A DNA stretch of 64,000 nucleotides from Candidatus Nomurabacteria bacterium RIFCSPHIGHO2_01_FULL_40_20 (GTDB taxonomy: Bacteria > Patescibacteriota > Minisyncoccia > Phycocordibacterales > UBA9973). Each line of letters begins with the position of its first letter. Positions within the stretch are counted from its first letter, which is position 1. A program made the translations under genes and the position numbers. The notes beneath the pieces were generated by a model. That model was not told where the DNA came from and did no database searches. It was given only the letters and a program-made list of their open reading frames with translations. The DNA lies in assembly GCA_001786835.1 (NCBI GenBank), contig MFTO01000013.1:1002-65001 (forward strand), written 5' to 3'. Below are positions 18,251 through 29,600 of the stretch, one piece after another.

Positions 18251-20038
18251 CTATAATTTTTTTATGCGACCATTTTTTAAATCTTGTATTTTGTTACTGA
18301 TAATTTGACACTCTTTTAAAATTTCGGTCGACTTTGAGACATCTTTCCCTTCTTCTGCCAGACGCAATTCTTTCATTTTCTCTGCCAAGTTTTCTTTCAG
18401 ATATTCTTCCTTGAAATTAGAAAGTAATTCATCCAAATCTTTTTTCAAGTCCACGTCTCCTCCGTAAAAAACTTCTGCTTCGTAAATCAAATCTTCTTTA
18501 CTACTCCCCAACTTTTCTAAAATCTTATCGACACCCCCATTTAAAAATTCTCCGAGCTTTTGCAACACCCCTGATACATCAACTACGGGTTTCGGTAGTT
18601 CTCGTTGCCAAAAAATGATACCAAAGAGTCTCCGTTCGATATAATCCTTGCGAAAAAGGCTCGAGTGTTTCTCTTTCGCTTCCTGTATTTCATCTTTTTC
18701 AAATTTTAAATTTTCGTTAACTCTCTTTAAATCTTCTCCTAACGCTACCTCCGGTATTCCCGATGCGTCACTTATTTTTTTTACAAAATGCACTTTTTCA
18801 ATAGAGCTTGGAATAGCACTAACGTATGGCAATAACTTTTCTTTTATCAATCTTCCGGCTTTTCGTTCGTCATCTGCTACCTCCTTCAAAATCCTCTCTA
18901 AAATAAACAAAATTACATGTTTGGATTCCCGTATCGCTTCCCGCCAAGCGGGCACGCCTTCTTTAGAAATCAAGTCTGCCGGGTCAAAACCCTCCTTGAT
19001 ATTTGCCACCTTCACGTCCATGCCCAAAGAAAGAGCGATTCTGCCGGCTCTAGCTGTTGCACTTACCCCCGCCTTATCTGCATCGAAAGCAAGGATAATA
19101 TTCTCGGAGAGTCTGCGTACCAGACCTAAATTTGAAACTGCATTTTCTCGCGAGACAGTATTTTCCGACAGAGCTGTGCCGGAAGTGGCAATTGTATTCT
19201 TGAATCCTGCCTGATGAGACAATACTAAATCCATCTGACCTTCAACTAAAATAGAAAAATTATTTTTGCGGATAGAATCTTTGGCGCGATCCAGCCCATA
19301 GAGCACAAGCGACTTGTTGAATATAGGCGTGTCGGGACTGTTTAAATATTTTGGGCCGACGTTTTCTGTCGGTCTCCCGACCCCTTCTAGCGTCGGGACT
19401 TCTTCTCCGAAAATCCGGCCGGAGAATGCTATAATTCTGCCACTCGAGTCTCCAATCGGAAACATAATTCTGGAACGAAATCTATCATACATTCCTTTAT
19501 CGCTACCTTTGGCAAGTCCGGCGCGCTCTATTTCCGGGTCGGAGAATCCTTTTGTTTTCAAATACTGGTAAAGGTCTCTCCAAGATTCTCTCGCAAATCC
19601 TATTTTAAAGTCCTGCACAGATCCCTCGGACAGTCCACGCCCTCTTAAATAAGAAAGGGCTTCAGGATTGTCTCTGAGATTCTGAATAAAAAACAGAGAG
19701 GATTCTTCCATCGCTTTGTAAAGTCTCTCCTTCTCACTTTCTTTTTCTTTATTAAATTCTCCGAGGACTACACCGGCTTTATCCGCCAAGAGCTTCAGGG
19801 CTCCCTTGAAATCCAGTCCTTCAAATTCTTCCACAAAAGAAAATATGTCTCCTTTAGCCCCGCAACCAAAACAATAATAACTTCCTCGAGCGGGCGAGAC
19901 GAAAAACGACGGTGTCTTTTCGTTATGAAAAGGACATTTGGCTTTTAGGTTTGCGCCAGTTTTTTCCAACTTTATATAAGAAGAGACTACTTCTTCGACT
20001 GAAAGCCTCTCCTTAATTTGTTCTACTGGAGAGTTCAT
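18251..20038 (-). CDS. dnaG: DNA primase
   Basis: [36 protein letters not shown]. Confidence 0.97.
   Translation of the reverse strand: MNSPVEQIKERLSVEEVVSSYIKLEKTGANLKAKCPFHNEKTPSFFVSPARGSYYCFGCGAKGDIFSFVEEFEGLDFKGALKLLADKAGVVLGEFNKEKESEKERLYKAMEESSLFFIQNLRDNPEALSYLRGRGLSEGSVQDFKIGFARESWRDLYQYLKTKGFSDPEIERAGLAKGSDKGMYDRFRSRIMFPIGDSSGRIIAFSGRIFGEEVPTLEGVGRPTENVGPKYLNSPDTPIFNKSLVLYGLDRAKDSIRKNNFSILVEGQMDLVLSHQAGFKNTIATSGTALSENTVSRENAVSNLGLVRRLSENIILAFDADKAGVSATARAGRIALSLGMDVKVANIKEGFDPADLISKEGVPAWREAIRESKHVILFILERILKEVADDERKAGRLIKEKLLPYVSAIPSSIEKVHFVKKISDASGIPEVALGEDLKRVNENLKFEKDEIQEAKEKHSSLFRKDYIERRLFGIIFWQRELPKPVVDVSGVLQKLGEFLNGGVDKILEKLGSSKEDLIYEAEVFYGGDVDLKKDLDELLSNFKEEYLKENLAEKMKELRLAEEGKDVSKSTEILKECQIISNKIQDLKNGRIKKL
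19354..19399. repeat. Double-hairpin insert inside dnaG
   Basis: GCCGAC..GTCGG + TCCCGAC..GTCGGGA; related to the rpmF insert. Confidence 0.8.
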
Positions 20039-20100
20039 CCCGTTAGAAATTTAACTCTAATAATTTGACCTTTAAACCCGTTATTAAAATTTCTAACGGG
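20039..20100. mobile_element. MITE-like element at the dnaG start codon
   Basis: Perfect 12-bp terminal IR CCCGTTAGAAAT/ATTTCTAACGGG, flanked on the minus strand by ATGAAT and ATGAAC. Confidence 0.8.
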
Positions 20101-20116
20101 ATTCATGACTTTCTAA

Positions 20117-23100
20117 TTATTCTTCTAAACTCGCTTCTAATTTATTTTTCCCCGAGAAACCGCTTCCTTTGGAGGAAAATCCCGTACCGGCTGGGATAAG
20201 CCGTCCGATAATTACATTCTCTTTAAGTCCGCGAAGATTATCAACTCCGCCTTTGATGGCATTCTCGATCAAAACTCGATTGGTATTCTGGAACGAAGCT
20301 GCCGAGAGCCAGCTCTTGGTGCGAAGCGATACCTCCGTAATGCCGAGCACTATCGTCTCTCCTTTGGCAATATTGCCACCCGCTTTCTTTACTCTTTGAT
20401 TTTCTTCTATCAGGGCTGTGTTTTCCACGATATCGCCGACGGAAAAATTGGTCTCACCCGCATCTTTGATTTTTCTCCTTGAGAACATCTGGCGAACTAT
20501 TATTTCGGTATGTTTTCGTCCAATCGAAGCGCTTTGCATTTCGTAAACTTTATTTATTTCTCGGATGATGTAGTCTTCAACCAACTCTTTGCCTCCGTAT
20601 TTGAAGATTTCACTTATATCCGCAGACCCGTCAGTCAAAAGTTCGCCTTTTTTTACTTCATCTCCGGTTTTAACGAGCGGAATTCTATGAAAAGATGCCA
20701 CATACTCTATTTCGTTACCTTTCCCGTCACCCTTGCTCTCGCTCTGAACTTTGATTATTTTTTCTTTACCGTCTTTATCTTTCACTTCCACTACCACGCC
20801 ATCAGTTTGAGAAACTACTGCCGGATTTTTCGGAATTCGACGTTCAAATATTTCTTCCACCCGAGGTAGTCCGGTAGTAATGTCTGTTCCGGCTACACCT
20901 CCCTGATGGAATGTTCGGAGCGTCAGCTGTGTGCCCGGTTCACCGATTGCTTGGGCGGCAATAATGCCAACCGCTTCTCCTTCTTCCACGAGTTTATTTC
21001 TTCCCAAATCAAGTCCGTAGCACATACGACAAAGACCATGAACTGTCTCGCAAGAAAAAGGCGAGCGCACAAACACTTCTTCAAAACCCGCTTCTTCAAT
21101 TTTATAAGCTTCTTCTTTGGTGACCAAAAATCCTTTTTTATACGCCACTTTTCCATTTTTGCCTTTCAGGTCACCCGCCAATACTCGGCCACGGATATTT
21201 TTAGAAAGAGGAATTTCAATGCCGGAAATATTTTCTTTGGTGACAATTTTCCCTTCTTTTGTTCCGCAATCTTCCTCGGTTATCACCACATCTTGCGCCA
21301 CATCCACCAGTCGGCGGGTCAAATAACCTGCTTTTGCGGTATTGAGCGCCGTGTCAGAGGCGCCCTTTCTGGCTCCGTGAGTCGTCACGAAGTACTCAAT
21401 CGGAGAAAGTCCTTCATGATAGGATGGCAAAATCGGAAATTCCAAAGTTTTACCCTGGTTGTTTTGGATAAGACCTTTCATTCCGGTCATCTGTACCAAT
21501 TGACCCATCGAACCCCTGGCTCCGGAGGTAAATAAGTCAAAAGTAGGACCATTTTTATCCAGTGTAGCAGGCACGACTTTTTCCAAATCTTTCTTGGTAT
21601 TAGTCCAAACTTCAATAATTTTCTGGTATCTTTCTTTCTCAGATAAAAAACCGTCAACCCATTCCGATATAATTTGTTCTTCCGCTTTTTTACTTTCTTC
21701 GATAATTTTTACTTTCTCTATCGGTACCTTCACATTGTCGAGACCCCAAGTAATCCCCGAGACCGTGGAATATTTGAAACCGAAAGCTTTTATTTTGTCT
21801 AATATCGGAGGAGTAGCATCTACGCCATAATGCATGATAAGTTCATCAAGTAAAGCCGAGAGTCTTTTTTGATTCATTTCATCTCCCACATAAGCGAAAT
21901 CATCCGGCAAAATGCTATTGAATAAAAGTTTGCCGACAGAAGTTTCAAAAATCTCTCCTTTGAATTGACTGTATTTGATAGAATCGGTTGCCAAAACTTT
22001 TATTTTGGCGCGAAGCGACACGATATCATATTCATAGGAGGTAATAGCCTGGTTCGGACTGGCAAAATATCTTCCTTCCCCTTTTTCTTCATTTACAGAC
22101 TTTGTCATCCAAAAGGCGCCCAAAACTATATCTCGACTCGGGTGCACTATGGGATCACCATTCTGAGGCTTGAGTAGATTTTTGTTCGCCGCCATCAATT
22201 CTTTAGCTTCCCATTGCGCTTCAACCGAGAGAGGCACATACACCGCCATCTGGTCGCCGTCAAAGTCCGCATTGAACGCGGCGCAGACCAGCGGGTGCAC
22301 TTGCACGGCATTGCCTTCGATTAATATAGGATTGAAAGCTTGAATACCTAGACGGTGAAGGGTAGGCGCGCGGTTGAGTAATACATATTTTCCTTCTATC
22401 ACTTCTTCTAACATTGCCCAAACTTCCGGAGTACGCTCTTCTATGAGTTTATTAGCCCCGCGAATGTTAAAAGCGAGTTCCGCTTGCAGAATTTTTGAAA
22501 TCACAAACGGTCGGAAAAGCTCAAGCGCCATATGCTTCGGCAAACCGCATTGATTGAGCTTTAGTTGTGGACCGACAACGATAACCGAACGACCGGAATA
22601 GTCCACACGTTTACCGAGCAAATTCTGGCGAAAAAGTCCTTGTTTGCTTTTCAAATTATCCGAAAGAGATTTTAGTGGACGTTTTTGAGATTGGCTCATA
22701 GCCGCAGAATCATTTTGTTTGGCGATGGAATTATCAATCAGAGCGTCTACCGCTTCTTGGATAATTCTTTTTTCATTGCGAAGTATGACGTCCGGCGCAT
22801 TTATTTCTTTCAGTTTCTTTAGACGATTATTGCGATTTATCACTCGGCGATATAGGTCGTTTAAGTCGGAGGTTGCATGCCTGCCACCGTCGAGCGCCAC
22901 CATCGGACGAAGCACCGGCGGGATAACCGGAATAACAGTGAGGAACATCCACTCCGGTCTGATTCCCGCATAAGTCATAGCGCGAATAAGAGAAAGTCTT
23001 TTTTGTAATTTCTCTTTTTCGGCAGTGTTGGCTTTTTCCAGCATTGTTTCGGTATGCGCTTTTAATTTATTTAAATCCAGATTTTTAAAAATAGAATGGA

Positions 23101-23752
23101 TAGCTTCTGCGCCAATATTTGCCTCAAAACAAGTGCCGTATTTCAGAGAATAATGATGAAAAGAGATTTCATTGAGAACTTTTCCTTCATAAATTTCTCC
23201 GATTTCTTTCTTGGTGACAGAGAGAAGATTTTTTAACTTTTCGCGAGTTTCTTCGTCTGCTGCATTTTTTAATTTTGCTTTATATTCTTTCTCCAAGGAA
23301 GTAACCACGGATTCTTTTTCATCTTCGTGCACGCGAGTTATGATATAGCCAGCAAAGTAAATTACTTTTTCCAGGTCAGAAACAGAAATATTGAGAAGAA
23401 TGCTCATACGAGAAGGCACTCCGCGTAAAAACCAAATATGCGCCACCGGAGTCGCCAGTTCAATGTGTCCCATACGTTCTCGACGGACTATGGACCTCGT
23501 GACTTCCACTCCGCATTTCTCGCAAATTATATCTTTGTATCTTATTCGGCGATATTTTCCGCAATAGCATTCATAATCCTTCTCTGGTCCGAAAATTTTC
23601 TCGTCGAAAAGACCACCGCGTTCGCTTCGCCCCGTGCGATAGTTTATTGTCTCCGGTTTGGTCACTTCTCCATAGGACCATTCTTTTATTTGCTCCGGCG
23701 AGGAGAGCTTGAGTGTTATAGAATCAAAATCAGTTGTGTTTAATGTTTTCAT
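20117..23752 (-). CDS. rpoC: RNA polymerase beta' subunit
   Basis: [29 protein letters not shown]. Confidence 0.99.
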   Translation of the reverse strand: MKTLNTTDFDSITLKLSSPEQIKEWSYGEVTKPETINYRTGRSERGGLFDEKIFGPEKDYECYCGKYRRIRYKDIICEKCGVEVTRSIVRRERMGHIELATPVAHIWFLRGVPSRMSILLNISVSDLEKVIYFAGYIITRVHEDEKESVVTSLEKEYKAKLKNAADEETREKLKNLLSVTKKEIGEIYEGKVLNEISFHHYSLKYGTCFEANIGAEAIHSIFKNLDLNKLKAHTETMLEKANTAEKEKLQKRLSLIRAMTYAGIRPEWMFLTVIPVIPPVLRPMVALDGGRHATSDLNDLYRRVINRNNRLKKLKEINAPDVILRNEKRIIQEAVDALIDNSIAKQNDSAAMSQSQKRPLKSLSDNLKSKQGLFRQNLLGKRVDYSGRSVIVVGPQLKLNQCGLPKHMALELFRPFVISKILQAELAFNIRGANKLIEERTPEVWAMLEEVIEGKYVLLNRAPTLHRLGIQAFNPILIEGNAVQVHPLVCAAFNADFDGDQMAVYVPLSVEAQWEAKELMAANKNLLKPQNGDPIVHPSRDIVLGAFWMTKSVNEEKGEGRYFASPNQAITSYEYDIVSLRAKIKVLATDSIKYSQFKGEIFETSVGKLLFNSILPDDFAYVGDEMNQKRLSALLDELIMHYGVDATPPILDKIKAFGFKYSTVSGITWGLDNVKVPIEKVKIIEESKKAEEQIISEWVDGFLSEKERYQKIIEVWTNTKKDLEKVVPATLDKNGPTFDLFTSGARGSMGQLVQMTGMKGLIQNNQGKTLEFPILPSYHEGLSPIEYFVTTHGARKGASDTALNTAKAGYLTRRLVDVAQDVVITEEDCGTKEGKIVTKENISGIEIPLSKNIRGRVLAGDLKGKNGKVAYKKGFLVTKEEAYKIEEAGFEEVFVRSPFSCETVHGLCRMCYGLDLGRNKLVEEGEAVGIIAAQAIGEPGTQLTLRTFHQGGVAGTDITTGLPRVEEIFERRIPKNPAVVSQTDGVVVEVKDKDGKEKIIKVQSESKGDGKGNEIEYVASFHRIPLVKTGDEVKKGELLTDGSADISEIFKYGGKELVEDYIIREINKVYEMQSASIGRKHTEIIVRQMFSRRKIKDAGETNFSVGDIVENTALIEENQRVKKAGGNIAKGETIVLGITEVSLRTKSWLSAASFQNTNRVLIENAIKGGVDNLRGLKENVIIGRLIPAGTGFSSKGSGFSGKNKLEASLEE

Positions 23753-23796
23753 TGGTTAATTTAATTAAAATTTATAATTCTTATTCTGATTTTGAC

Positions 23797-26700
23797 CTAA
23801 TTTTTTTCCCGCTTCTTTAAGTCCACATCGAGCGCGAGCCCTCGTAAATAATTTAGCATCACATTGAACGACGCAGGAGAATTTGGCGGTCTAATCTTCT
23901 CATTTTTAATGATGGAATCAAAGGTTTGTGAACGACCGGCTATATCATCGGACTTTATGGTAAGCATTTCCCGCAAACTGTAAGCGGCTCCATATCCTTC
24001 GAGCGCCCAGACTTCCATTTCTCCGAATCGCTGACCTCCGCCTTGAGCTTTTCCACCGAGAGGTTGCTGGGTAATAAGCGAATACGGTCCGATAGAGCGC
24101 ATATGGATTTTATCTTCCACCATGTGGTGGAGTTTGAGCATATACATATACCCTACCGCGATGTCTTGCTTGAAAGCGTCGCCGGTTCGTCCGTCAAAAA
24201 GTTGCATTTTGCCGTTTTCCGGAAGTTTTGCTTTTTTTAATTCTTCCATTATCTCTTCGTGGCTTGCTCCCAAAAAAGGAGGTACCACGGCTTGATAACC
24301 CAAAGTATTGGCAGCCAGTCCCAAATGCATCTCGAGTATTTGCCCCAAATTCATACGCGAAGGCACACCCAAGGGAGAGAGTATAATATCAATCGGCTTG
24401 CCGTCTTTGGTATATGGCATATCTTCCTCCGGTAAAATAGTCGAGATAACTCCCTTGTTGCCATGTCGCCCGGAGAGTTTGTCTCCAACCGAAATATTCC
24501 TGACTTGCGCGACTTCAATCACGATTTTTTTAATAATTCCGGCTTCAAGGGTATGACCCAAGTCGCGAGAAAAAATTTTAACGCCGATAATTCGTCCGCG
24601 TTTGCCATGCTCCATTCGAAGCGATGTATCTTTGACATCGCGGGCCTTCTCGGCAAAAATAGAGCGAAGCAGTCTTTCCTCTGGAGTAAGCTCGGTCTCG
24701 CCTTTTGGTGTAATTTTACCGACTAAAATATCGTTTTCTCTTACTTCCGCTCCAATGCGCACAACGCCATCTTCATCCAAATCTTTGAGTTTTATTTCAC
24801 CCACATTTGGAATATCGCGAGTGGTAATTTCGGGACCGAGTTTGGTATCGCGAACGGTAGCGATAAATTCTTCCACATACATAGAAGTAAACTTGCTGTC
24901 TTTTACTAACCGCTCGGAGATAATTATCGCATCTTCGTAATTGGAGCCGGACCAAGAAAGAAAAGCTACGAAAATATTTTGCCCGAGTGATATCTGACCT
25001 CCTACTGTACTTGTAGTATCAGCCAAAACATCGCCTTTTTTTACTTTGTCTCCGACATTTACCGAGGGACGTTGGTGAAAAGCGGCAAAGTTGTTGTTGC
25101 GCAAGAAATTTATGAGCTCGTAAGTTTTTTCCGACTTGCCTTTCACGACGATTTTTCTTGCATCTAGATAAGTTACAACACCTTCTTCCTCTGCTATCAG
25201 CAATCTGCCGGAATCTCGTGAAGCAAATTCTTCCATACCCGTTGCAACCAAAGGCGCCTCCGGCAATACACAGGGCACGGCCTGTTTCTGCATGTTGCTA
25301 CCCATGAGAGCGCGGTTGGCATCATTGTGCTCGAGAAATGGAATCATAGAAGTAGCGATAGAGAATCCCTGATTTGCAGCCACATCAATAAAGTCCACTT
25401 CCGCTGGAGGAATAAGCCCGGGTTGAGTTTTAATTCTAGCGGCTACTTTTTTGTCCGTTATTTTACCATCTTCGTCATAAGCAATTCCCGCATGAGCGAT
25501 ATTATATTTTTCTTCTTCAAGGGCATTTAAATAGACAACTTCGCCGGTAACTTTTCCTCCTTTGACTTTTATATATGGAGTTTCAATAATGCCGAATTCG
25601 TTTATTTTGGCGTAAGTGGACAAGTGCAAGATTAGCCCGATGTTCGGACCTTCCGGGGTGTGAATCGGGCAGACTCGGCCGTAGTGCGAGGGATGCACGT
25701 CGCGCACTTCTAGTCCCGCGCGCTCGCGAGTAAGACCTCCGGGACCAAGCGCCGAGAGTAAACGAATGTGCTCGATTTCCGCCAAGACATTTTCTTGGTT
25801 CATAAACTGCGAAAGCTGGTTGGTAGTGAAAAATTCTTTGATACGGGCCTGAAGCGGACGCTGATTGATGATGTTTATCGGCATAGCGGTATCAACGTCC
25901 ACGATGGACATTCGGTCTTGAATATTTCTTTTGATTTGCATCATGCCGGTGCGAACTTTCTGTTGAAGCATTTCACCGACGAAGCGCACTCGTCGCTGAC
26001 CCAAGTGATCTATGTCGTCGGCTTTGGCGCTCGGAGTATTGTTGAGTAAAATAATATTGTAAATAATTGTCGCCAAGTCTTCTTTGGAGAGTGTTCGGCG
26101 CGCAAGCTCGGTCTCTTCCATCCCCTTGTCAAAACGCTTGTTGAAACGATATCGGCCGACGGGCGAAAGATCGTATCGTTCAGGAGTAAAAAGTGAATCA
26201 ATAAACTCTTTGGCATTCTCCGCGGTAGCCATGTCTCCGTCTCGAAGACGCTTGTAAATTTCAATATATGTATCATTTAAGGTCTTGGCTATATCTTTCG
26301 CAAGACAAGTTTTAACTACTTCCACAAAAACATCGCTCGAGATAGAGTCTTCCCCACCCTCTGTGCCAGCAAATGATTTTTCAAAAGCTTTGAGCATTGC
26401 TTCATTTTCAAGATAGCCCATAACCCGAAGAAGGGTGGTTGCCGGGAATTTTCTTTTTTTATCTATGCGAACATAAATCGCTCCATCGACATCGGACTCT
26501 ATCTCAATCCAAACACCGCGAGCCGGAATTATTTTTGCGCCAAAATAACGCTTGCCTTTATTTTCAGACTCGGTAAAAAATACTCCGAAAGAACGCGCCA
26601 GCTGAGGCACGATTACTCTCTCTACGCCGTTTATAATGAAAGTTCCGTGTTTGGTCATTATAGGAAATTCGGACATAAAAATTTCCTGTTCTTTGACGGT

Positions 26701-27000
26701 ATTTAAAATTTTGTTGGTGAGCTTTACTTTTACCTTCAGATGTCCTTGGAAAGAGAGCTTGTTTACTTTGGAATAATTCTCGTCGTATTTTGATTCACCC
26801 AAGAAGAAAGAAGAAAACTCCAGTTGAAATTTCTTTCCGGAGTAGTCGGAAATTGGAGAGAATTCTTTGAAAACCTCGCCGATGCCTTTGCGCACCAACC
26901 AGTCGAAAGACTCGGTTTGCGCTTCTATTAAATTTGGGAACTTGATAAGAGGTTTTTTGTATCTTGAGAAATACTTTTTCGGATGTTTTGTTGTTTGCAT
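23797..27000 (-). CDS. rpoB: RNA polymerase beta subunit
   Basis: GDKLSGRHGNKG, GGQRFGEMEVWALE. Confidence 0.99.
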   Translation of the reverse strand: MQTTKHPKKYFSRYKKPLIKFPNLIEAQTESFDWLVRKGIGEVFKEFSPISDYSGKKFQLEFSSFFLGESKYDENYSKVNKLSFQGHLKVKVKLTNKILNTVKEQEIFMSEFPIMTKHGTFIINGVERVIVPQLARSFGVFFTESENKGKRYFGAKIIPARGVWIEIESDVDGAIYVRIDKKRKFPATTLLRVMGYLENEAMLKAFEKSFAGTEGGEDSISSDVFVEVVKTCLAKDIAKTLNDTYIEIYKRLRDGDMATAENAKEFIDSLFTPERYDLSPVGRYRFNKRFDKGMEETELARRTLSKEDLATIIYNIILLNNTPSAKADDIDHLGQRRVRFVGEMLQQKVRTGMMQIKRNIQDRMSIVDVDTAMPINIINQRPLQARIKEFFTTNQLSQFMNQENVLAEIEHIRLLSALGPGGLTRERAGLEVRDVHPSHYGRVCPIHTPEGPNIGLILHLSTYAKINEFGIIETPYIKVKGGKVTGEVVYLNALEEEKYNIAHAGIAYDEDGKITDKKVAARIKTQPGLIPPAEVDFIDVAANQGFSIATSMIPFLEHNDANRALMGSNMQKQAVPCVLPEAPLVATGMEEFASRDSGRLLIAEEEGVVTYLDARKIVVKGKSEKTYELINFLRNNNFAAFHQRPSVNVGDKVKKGDVLADTTSTVGGQISLGQNIFVAFLSWSGSNYEDAIIISERLVKDSKFTSMYVEEFIATVRDTKLGPEITTRDIPNVGEIKLKDLDEDGVVRIGAEVRENDILVGKITPKGETELTPEERLLRSIFAEKARDVKDTSLRMEHGKRGRIIGVKIFSRDLGHTLEAGIIKKIVIEVAQVRNISVGDKLSGRHGNKGVISTILPEEDMPYTKDGKPIDIILSPLGVPSRMNLGQILEMHLGLAANTLGYQAVVPPFLGASHEEIMEELKKAKLPENGKMQLFDGRTGDAFKQDIAVGYMYMLKLHHMVEDKIHMRSIGPYSLITQQPLGGKAQGGGQRFGEMEVWALEGYGAAYSLREMLTIKSDDIAGRSQTFDSIIKNEKIRPPNSPASFNVMLNYLRGLALDVDLKKREKN

Positions 27001-27125
27001 AACCTAAAGAGGCCTTTAAAAGGCTTTAAAATAATAATTTAGGAATGAGACATCCGAAACTCAATCAGTCAATCTTGCAGAGAAGTATACAGATTTCCAT
27101 ATTTTTGTCAAATTTTAACTGGGGA

Positions 27126-27818
27126 TTAACTCCTTCTCTTCCACCCCTCAATCTTTTTATGATTTCCAGAGAGTAGCACTTTAGGAACTTTATAACTTTT
27201 AGACTTCTTGCCCCGCCCTGGCGGGGTGTATTTTAAAATTTCTGGCCGAGTATAAACTTCGCTTGTTGACACTCGTTCTTCTTCTAGAGACTCAAATTTA
27301 CCAAGCACGCCTTTGATTTGACGAGAAATACAGTCTATCAGAACCATCGCGGGAAGTTCACCACCTGTGAGAACATAATCCCCTATTGAAATTTCTTCTG
27401 CTTTGAAAATTTTTACCACTCGAGTATCAATGCCTTCATACCTACCGGAAATTAAAATAATATCCGTATATTTTTTGACTGCACTCTTTGCATACACGGT
27501 TGTAAATTTTTTGCCTGATGGAGAGAAAAGAATAATTTTTGTTTTTTTATTCTTTCCCTTCGATGAACTCAAGGCTTTACTGACTGCGTGAATTATGGGC
27601 TCGGCACGCATTACCATACCGGGACCTCCACCATATGGTCGGTCGTCCACAGGTCGGTAATTATTCTGATTTTTATTCTTGAGCACTTTTACAAAATCGC
27701 GTGGATTATAAAATTTAAAATCTATCAGTTTGTTCTTTTTCGCCCGCGCCAAAATAGACTCGTTAAAATACGAACTAAACATGTTGGGGAATATAGAGAT
27801 AATGTGAAATTTAATCAT
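27126..27818 (-). CDS. trmD: tRNA (guanine-N1)-methyltransferase
   Basis: DDRPYGGGPGMVM, GRYEGID, SIGDYVLTGGE. Confidence 0.97.
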   Translation of the reverse strand: MIKFHIISIFPNMFSSYFNESILARAKKNKLIDFKFYNPRDFVKVLKNKNQNNYRPVDDRPYGGGPGMVMRAEPIIHAVSKALSSSKGKNKKTKIILFSPSGKKFTTVYAKSAVKKYTDIILISGRYEGIDTRVVKIFKAEEISIGDYVLTGGELPAMVLIDCISRQIKGVLGKFESLEEERVSTSEVYTRPEILKYTPPGRGKKSKSYKVPKVLLSGNHKKIEGWKRRS

Positions 27819-27829
27819 AAAAAATTGCT

Positions 27830-27878
27830 GTGCCCGTCCGTAGCTTTAGCGCAGGAGGGTAATAACGTGGAAACGCAT
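27830..27878 (-). pseudogene. Relic second trmD 5' end (MRFHVITL) fused to a REP-like hairpin
   Basis: ATGCGTTTCCACGTTATTACCCTC then CTGCGCTAAAGCTACGGACGGGC, 60 bp upstream of the MIKFHIISI start. Confidence 0.65.
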
Positions 27879-27936
27879 AAAAATACTATAATCTAAAACT
27901 GTAAAAACTGCCACTCAACAATAATCAACAATAAAT

Positions 27937-27972
27937 ATGACACAAATTCTGCATAGGCAGAAAGTATGTCAT
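27937..27972. repeat. 36-bp palindrome P1, copy 1
   Basis: ATGACACAAATTCTGCATAGGCAGAAAGTATGTCAT. Confidence 0.95.
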
Positions 27973-27975
27973 TAT

Positions 27976-28455
27976 CTATATTTTGTATGGCTTTGCTAAT
28001 TTAAATGTTTTGATGCAATCTTTCAACCTTATCTCATCCAAATATTTCAAAAAATCTTTCGGCAAGGGTGATGGTCCGACCCAAACACTTTTTTGAATCA
28101 TAATGTAACTAAATTTTTTCAAATGAAAACGAAACCACTCTCTTTCAGCTTTTTGAACTACTGGTATATCAAACATAACTATGAGATTTTTAGACAAATC
28201 AACCGTTGTTGGTCTTGAAAAAGATTTCAATGAATCTTCTTTTCTCTTGAGATACTTTTTACCGTTAGCGGTTATTATAAAGCCATTTAATTCTTTCTTA
28301 ATTAAATCATTTCGAGCCAAGCGGTCAGCACTAGAGCGCAGACTTCTCCTTGAAAAACTATTAAAACGAGGAATGCCGAAAAGGTTAACGGGTACACCTT
28401 TATACTTTATTTCTGTATTCCAAAGTTCTTTTAAAATTTCTTCCACCATAGACAT
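27976..28455 (-). CDS. wHTH + Cas2-like (PaaX-type) protein, paralog 1
   Basis: wHTH-like ITANGKKYL, then IVMFDIP...REWFR..LK.F...QKSVW; likely start MSMVEE. Confidence 0.8.
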   Translation of the reverse strand: MSMVEEILKELWNTEIKYKGVPVNLFGIPRFNSFSRRSLRSSADRLARNDLIKKELNGFIITANGKKYLKRKEDSLKSFSRPTTVDLSKNLIVMFDIPVVQKAEREWFRFHLKKFSYIMIQKSVWVGPSPLPKDFLKYLDEIRLKDCIKTFKLAKPYKI

Positions 28456-28481
28456 GGAAGAAGTATACTCTAAATAAGTTT

Positions 28482-28517
28482 CTGACACAAATTCTGCATA
28501 GGCAGAACTTGTGTCAT
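28482..28517. repeat. 36-bp palindrome P1, copy 2
   Basis: CTGACACAAATTCTGCATAGGCAGAACTTGTGTCAT. Confidence 0.95.
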
Positions 28518-29350
28518 TAAAGATATTTCTTTTTATCCCTTTTAGTCATATATTTTTGACGATCAAACCTAGGTATATTCATCTCGTCTAGGGTTTTGCG
28601 CATTTTTTGGATATCTTCTAAATTTATACCGAATTCACCACTACCGCTTTTACTATACCGATTTTCAACACCAGCATATCCTTCTCTGTCTTTGTAATAA
28701 TCAGACTTAATAGTTGCTGCTGACTCAACTTTGATTATTCTTTTTGCTGTATTTTCTTTTGCTCCCATTGCTTGCATTGCAATCATCCTTTGAAAGGCTT
28801 TATTGGTGGCAACCTTGGTTTTCATTGTTTGGATAATAGACCTCACTCCACTTTGTATTGACTTGCCAAAGAGAACAACAATCATTCCAAGTTCGGTAAT
28901 TGTTAATGTATCGTATATATTACTAAAATCACCGCCTATATTATTTGAAATAGCTATGGAAAGATTAACAATCCCATCAGAAACTGGACCGTAATTTAAG
29001 AAGTCGGCTGCTAGTCCAGCGGCAATGAGACCCTTAATAATCGCCCCTTTCACATATTTGCTAGGGCGAGTAAGGTTTTCTTTGATATGCTTTTTGAGAT
29101 TTTCTTTTTCAACGTCATATTCGGTCTTGCCACCTTTTTTTAATTCGCCGGTATCTGGATTGGTATCTTTTAAATACGGACGTTTTTGCATTTCACTTTT
29201 AATATCAAATATTTCCGTAGCAAGTTCAGAATTCTTTTCCGTTATTTCAATACCGTAAAGTACAGAATTGGCATCGTCAAAATTGAGTGTTTTCTCTAAC
29301 CGCATCCTGTCCTCTTTTGAACCCATAGGTATAAAATTTTCGTTTGTCAT
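28517..29350 (-). CDS. Hypothetical protein with two hydrophobic segments
   Basis: 277-aa ORF; its stop codon abuts P1 copy 2. Confidence 0.75.
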   Translation of the reverse strand: MTNENFIPMGSKEDRMRLEKTLNFDDANSVLYGIEITEKNSELATEIFDIKSEMQKRPYLKDTNPDTGELKKGGKTEYDVEKENLKKHIKENLTRPSKYVKGAIIKGLIAAGLAADFLNYGPVSDGIVNLSIAISNNIGGDFSNIYDTLTITELGMIVVLFGKSIQSGVRSIIQTMKTKVATNKAFQRMIAMQAMGAKENTAKRIIKVESAATIKSDYYKDREGYAGVENRYSKSGSGEFGINLEDIQKMRKTLDEMNIPRFDRQKYMTKRDKKKYL

Positions 29351-29368
29351 AATTTTTACTTTATTATT

Positions 29369-29530
29369 TTATAAAGAAGCTTTCTCCGGTATCGACTTTA
29401 CTATATCTAAAAATTCACCGGAAAGACCTTTGACTATGTCCAAATACTGAAGATTTTCTTCTTCAGTAGCGCTACCGTCTTTCACTTTTTTCGCTAAAAC
29501 TTCAAGTTCTTCTATTGTAATTGGTTCCAT
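29369..29530 (-). CDS. 53-aa hypothetical protein (below ORF-track cutoff)
   Basis: MEPITIEELEVLAKKVKDGSATEEENLQYLDIVKGLSGEFLDIVKSIPEKASL. Confidence 0.7.
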   Translation of the reverse strand: MEPITIEELEVLAKKVKDGSATEEENLQYLDIVKGLSGEFLDIVKSIPEKASL

Positions 29531-29561
29531 ATTTTTATAAATTAAAACTTGTAATACCTAA

Positions 29562-29590
29562 AGTGTACCCCCCCCCCGCAATTAAGTCAA
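29562..29590 (-). promoter_or_regulatory. Promoter with a G10 tract in the spacer
   Basis: TTGACT-TAATTGCGGGGGGGGGG-TACACT (17-bp spacer). Confidence 0.7.
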
Positions 29591-29600
29591 GGGGAGAAAT

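Noticed and set aside
26330-26385. rpoB segment SFAGTEGGEDSISSD as another palindromic insert
   Set aside because: It looks like a loop insertion, but I could not find a convincing inverted repeat.
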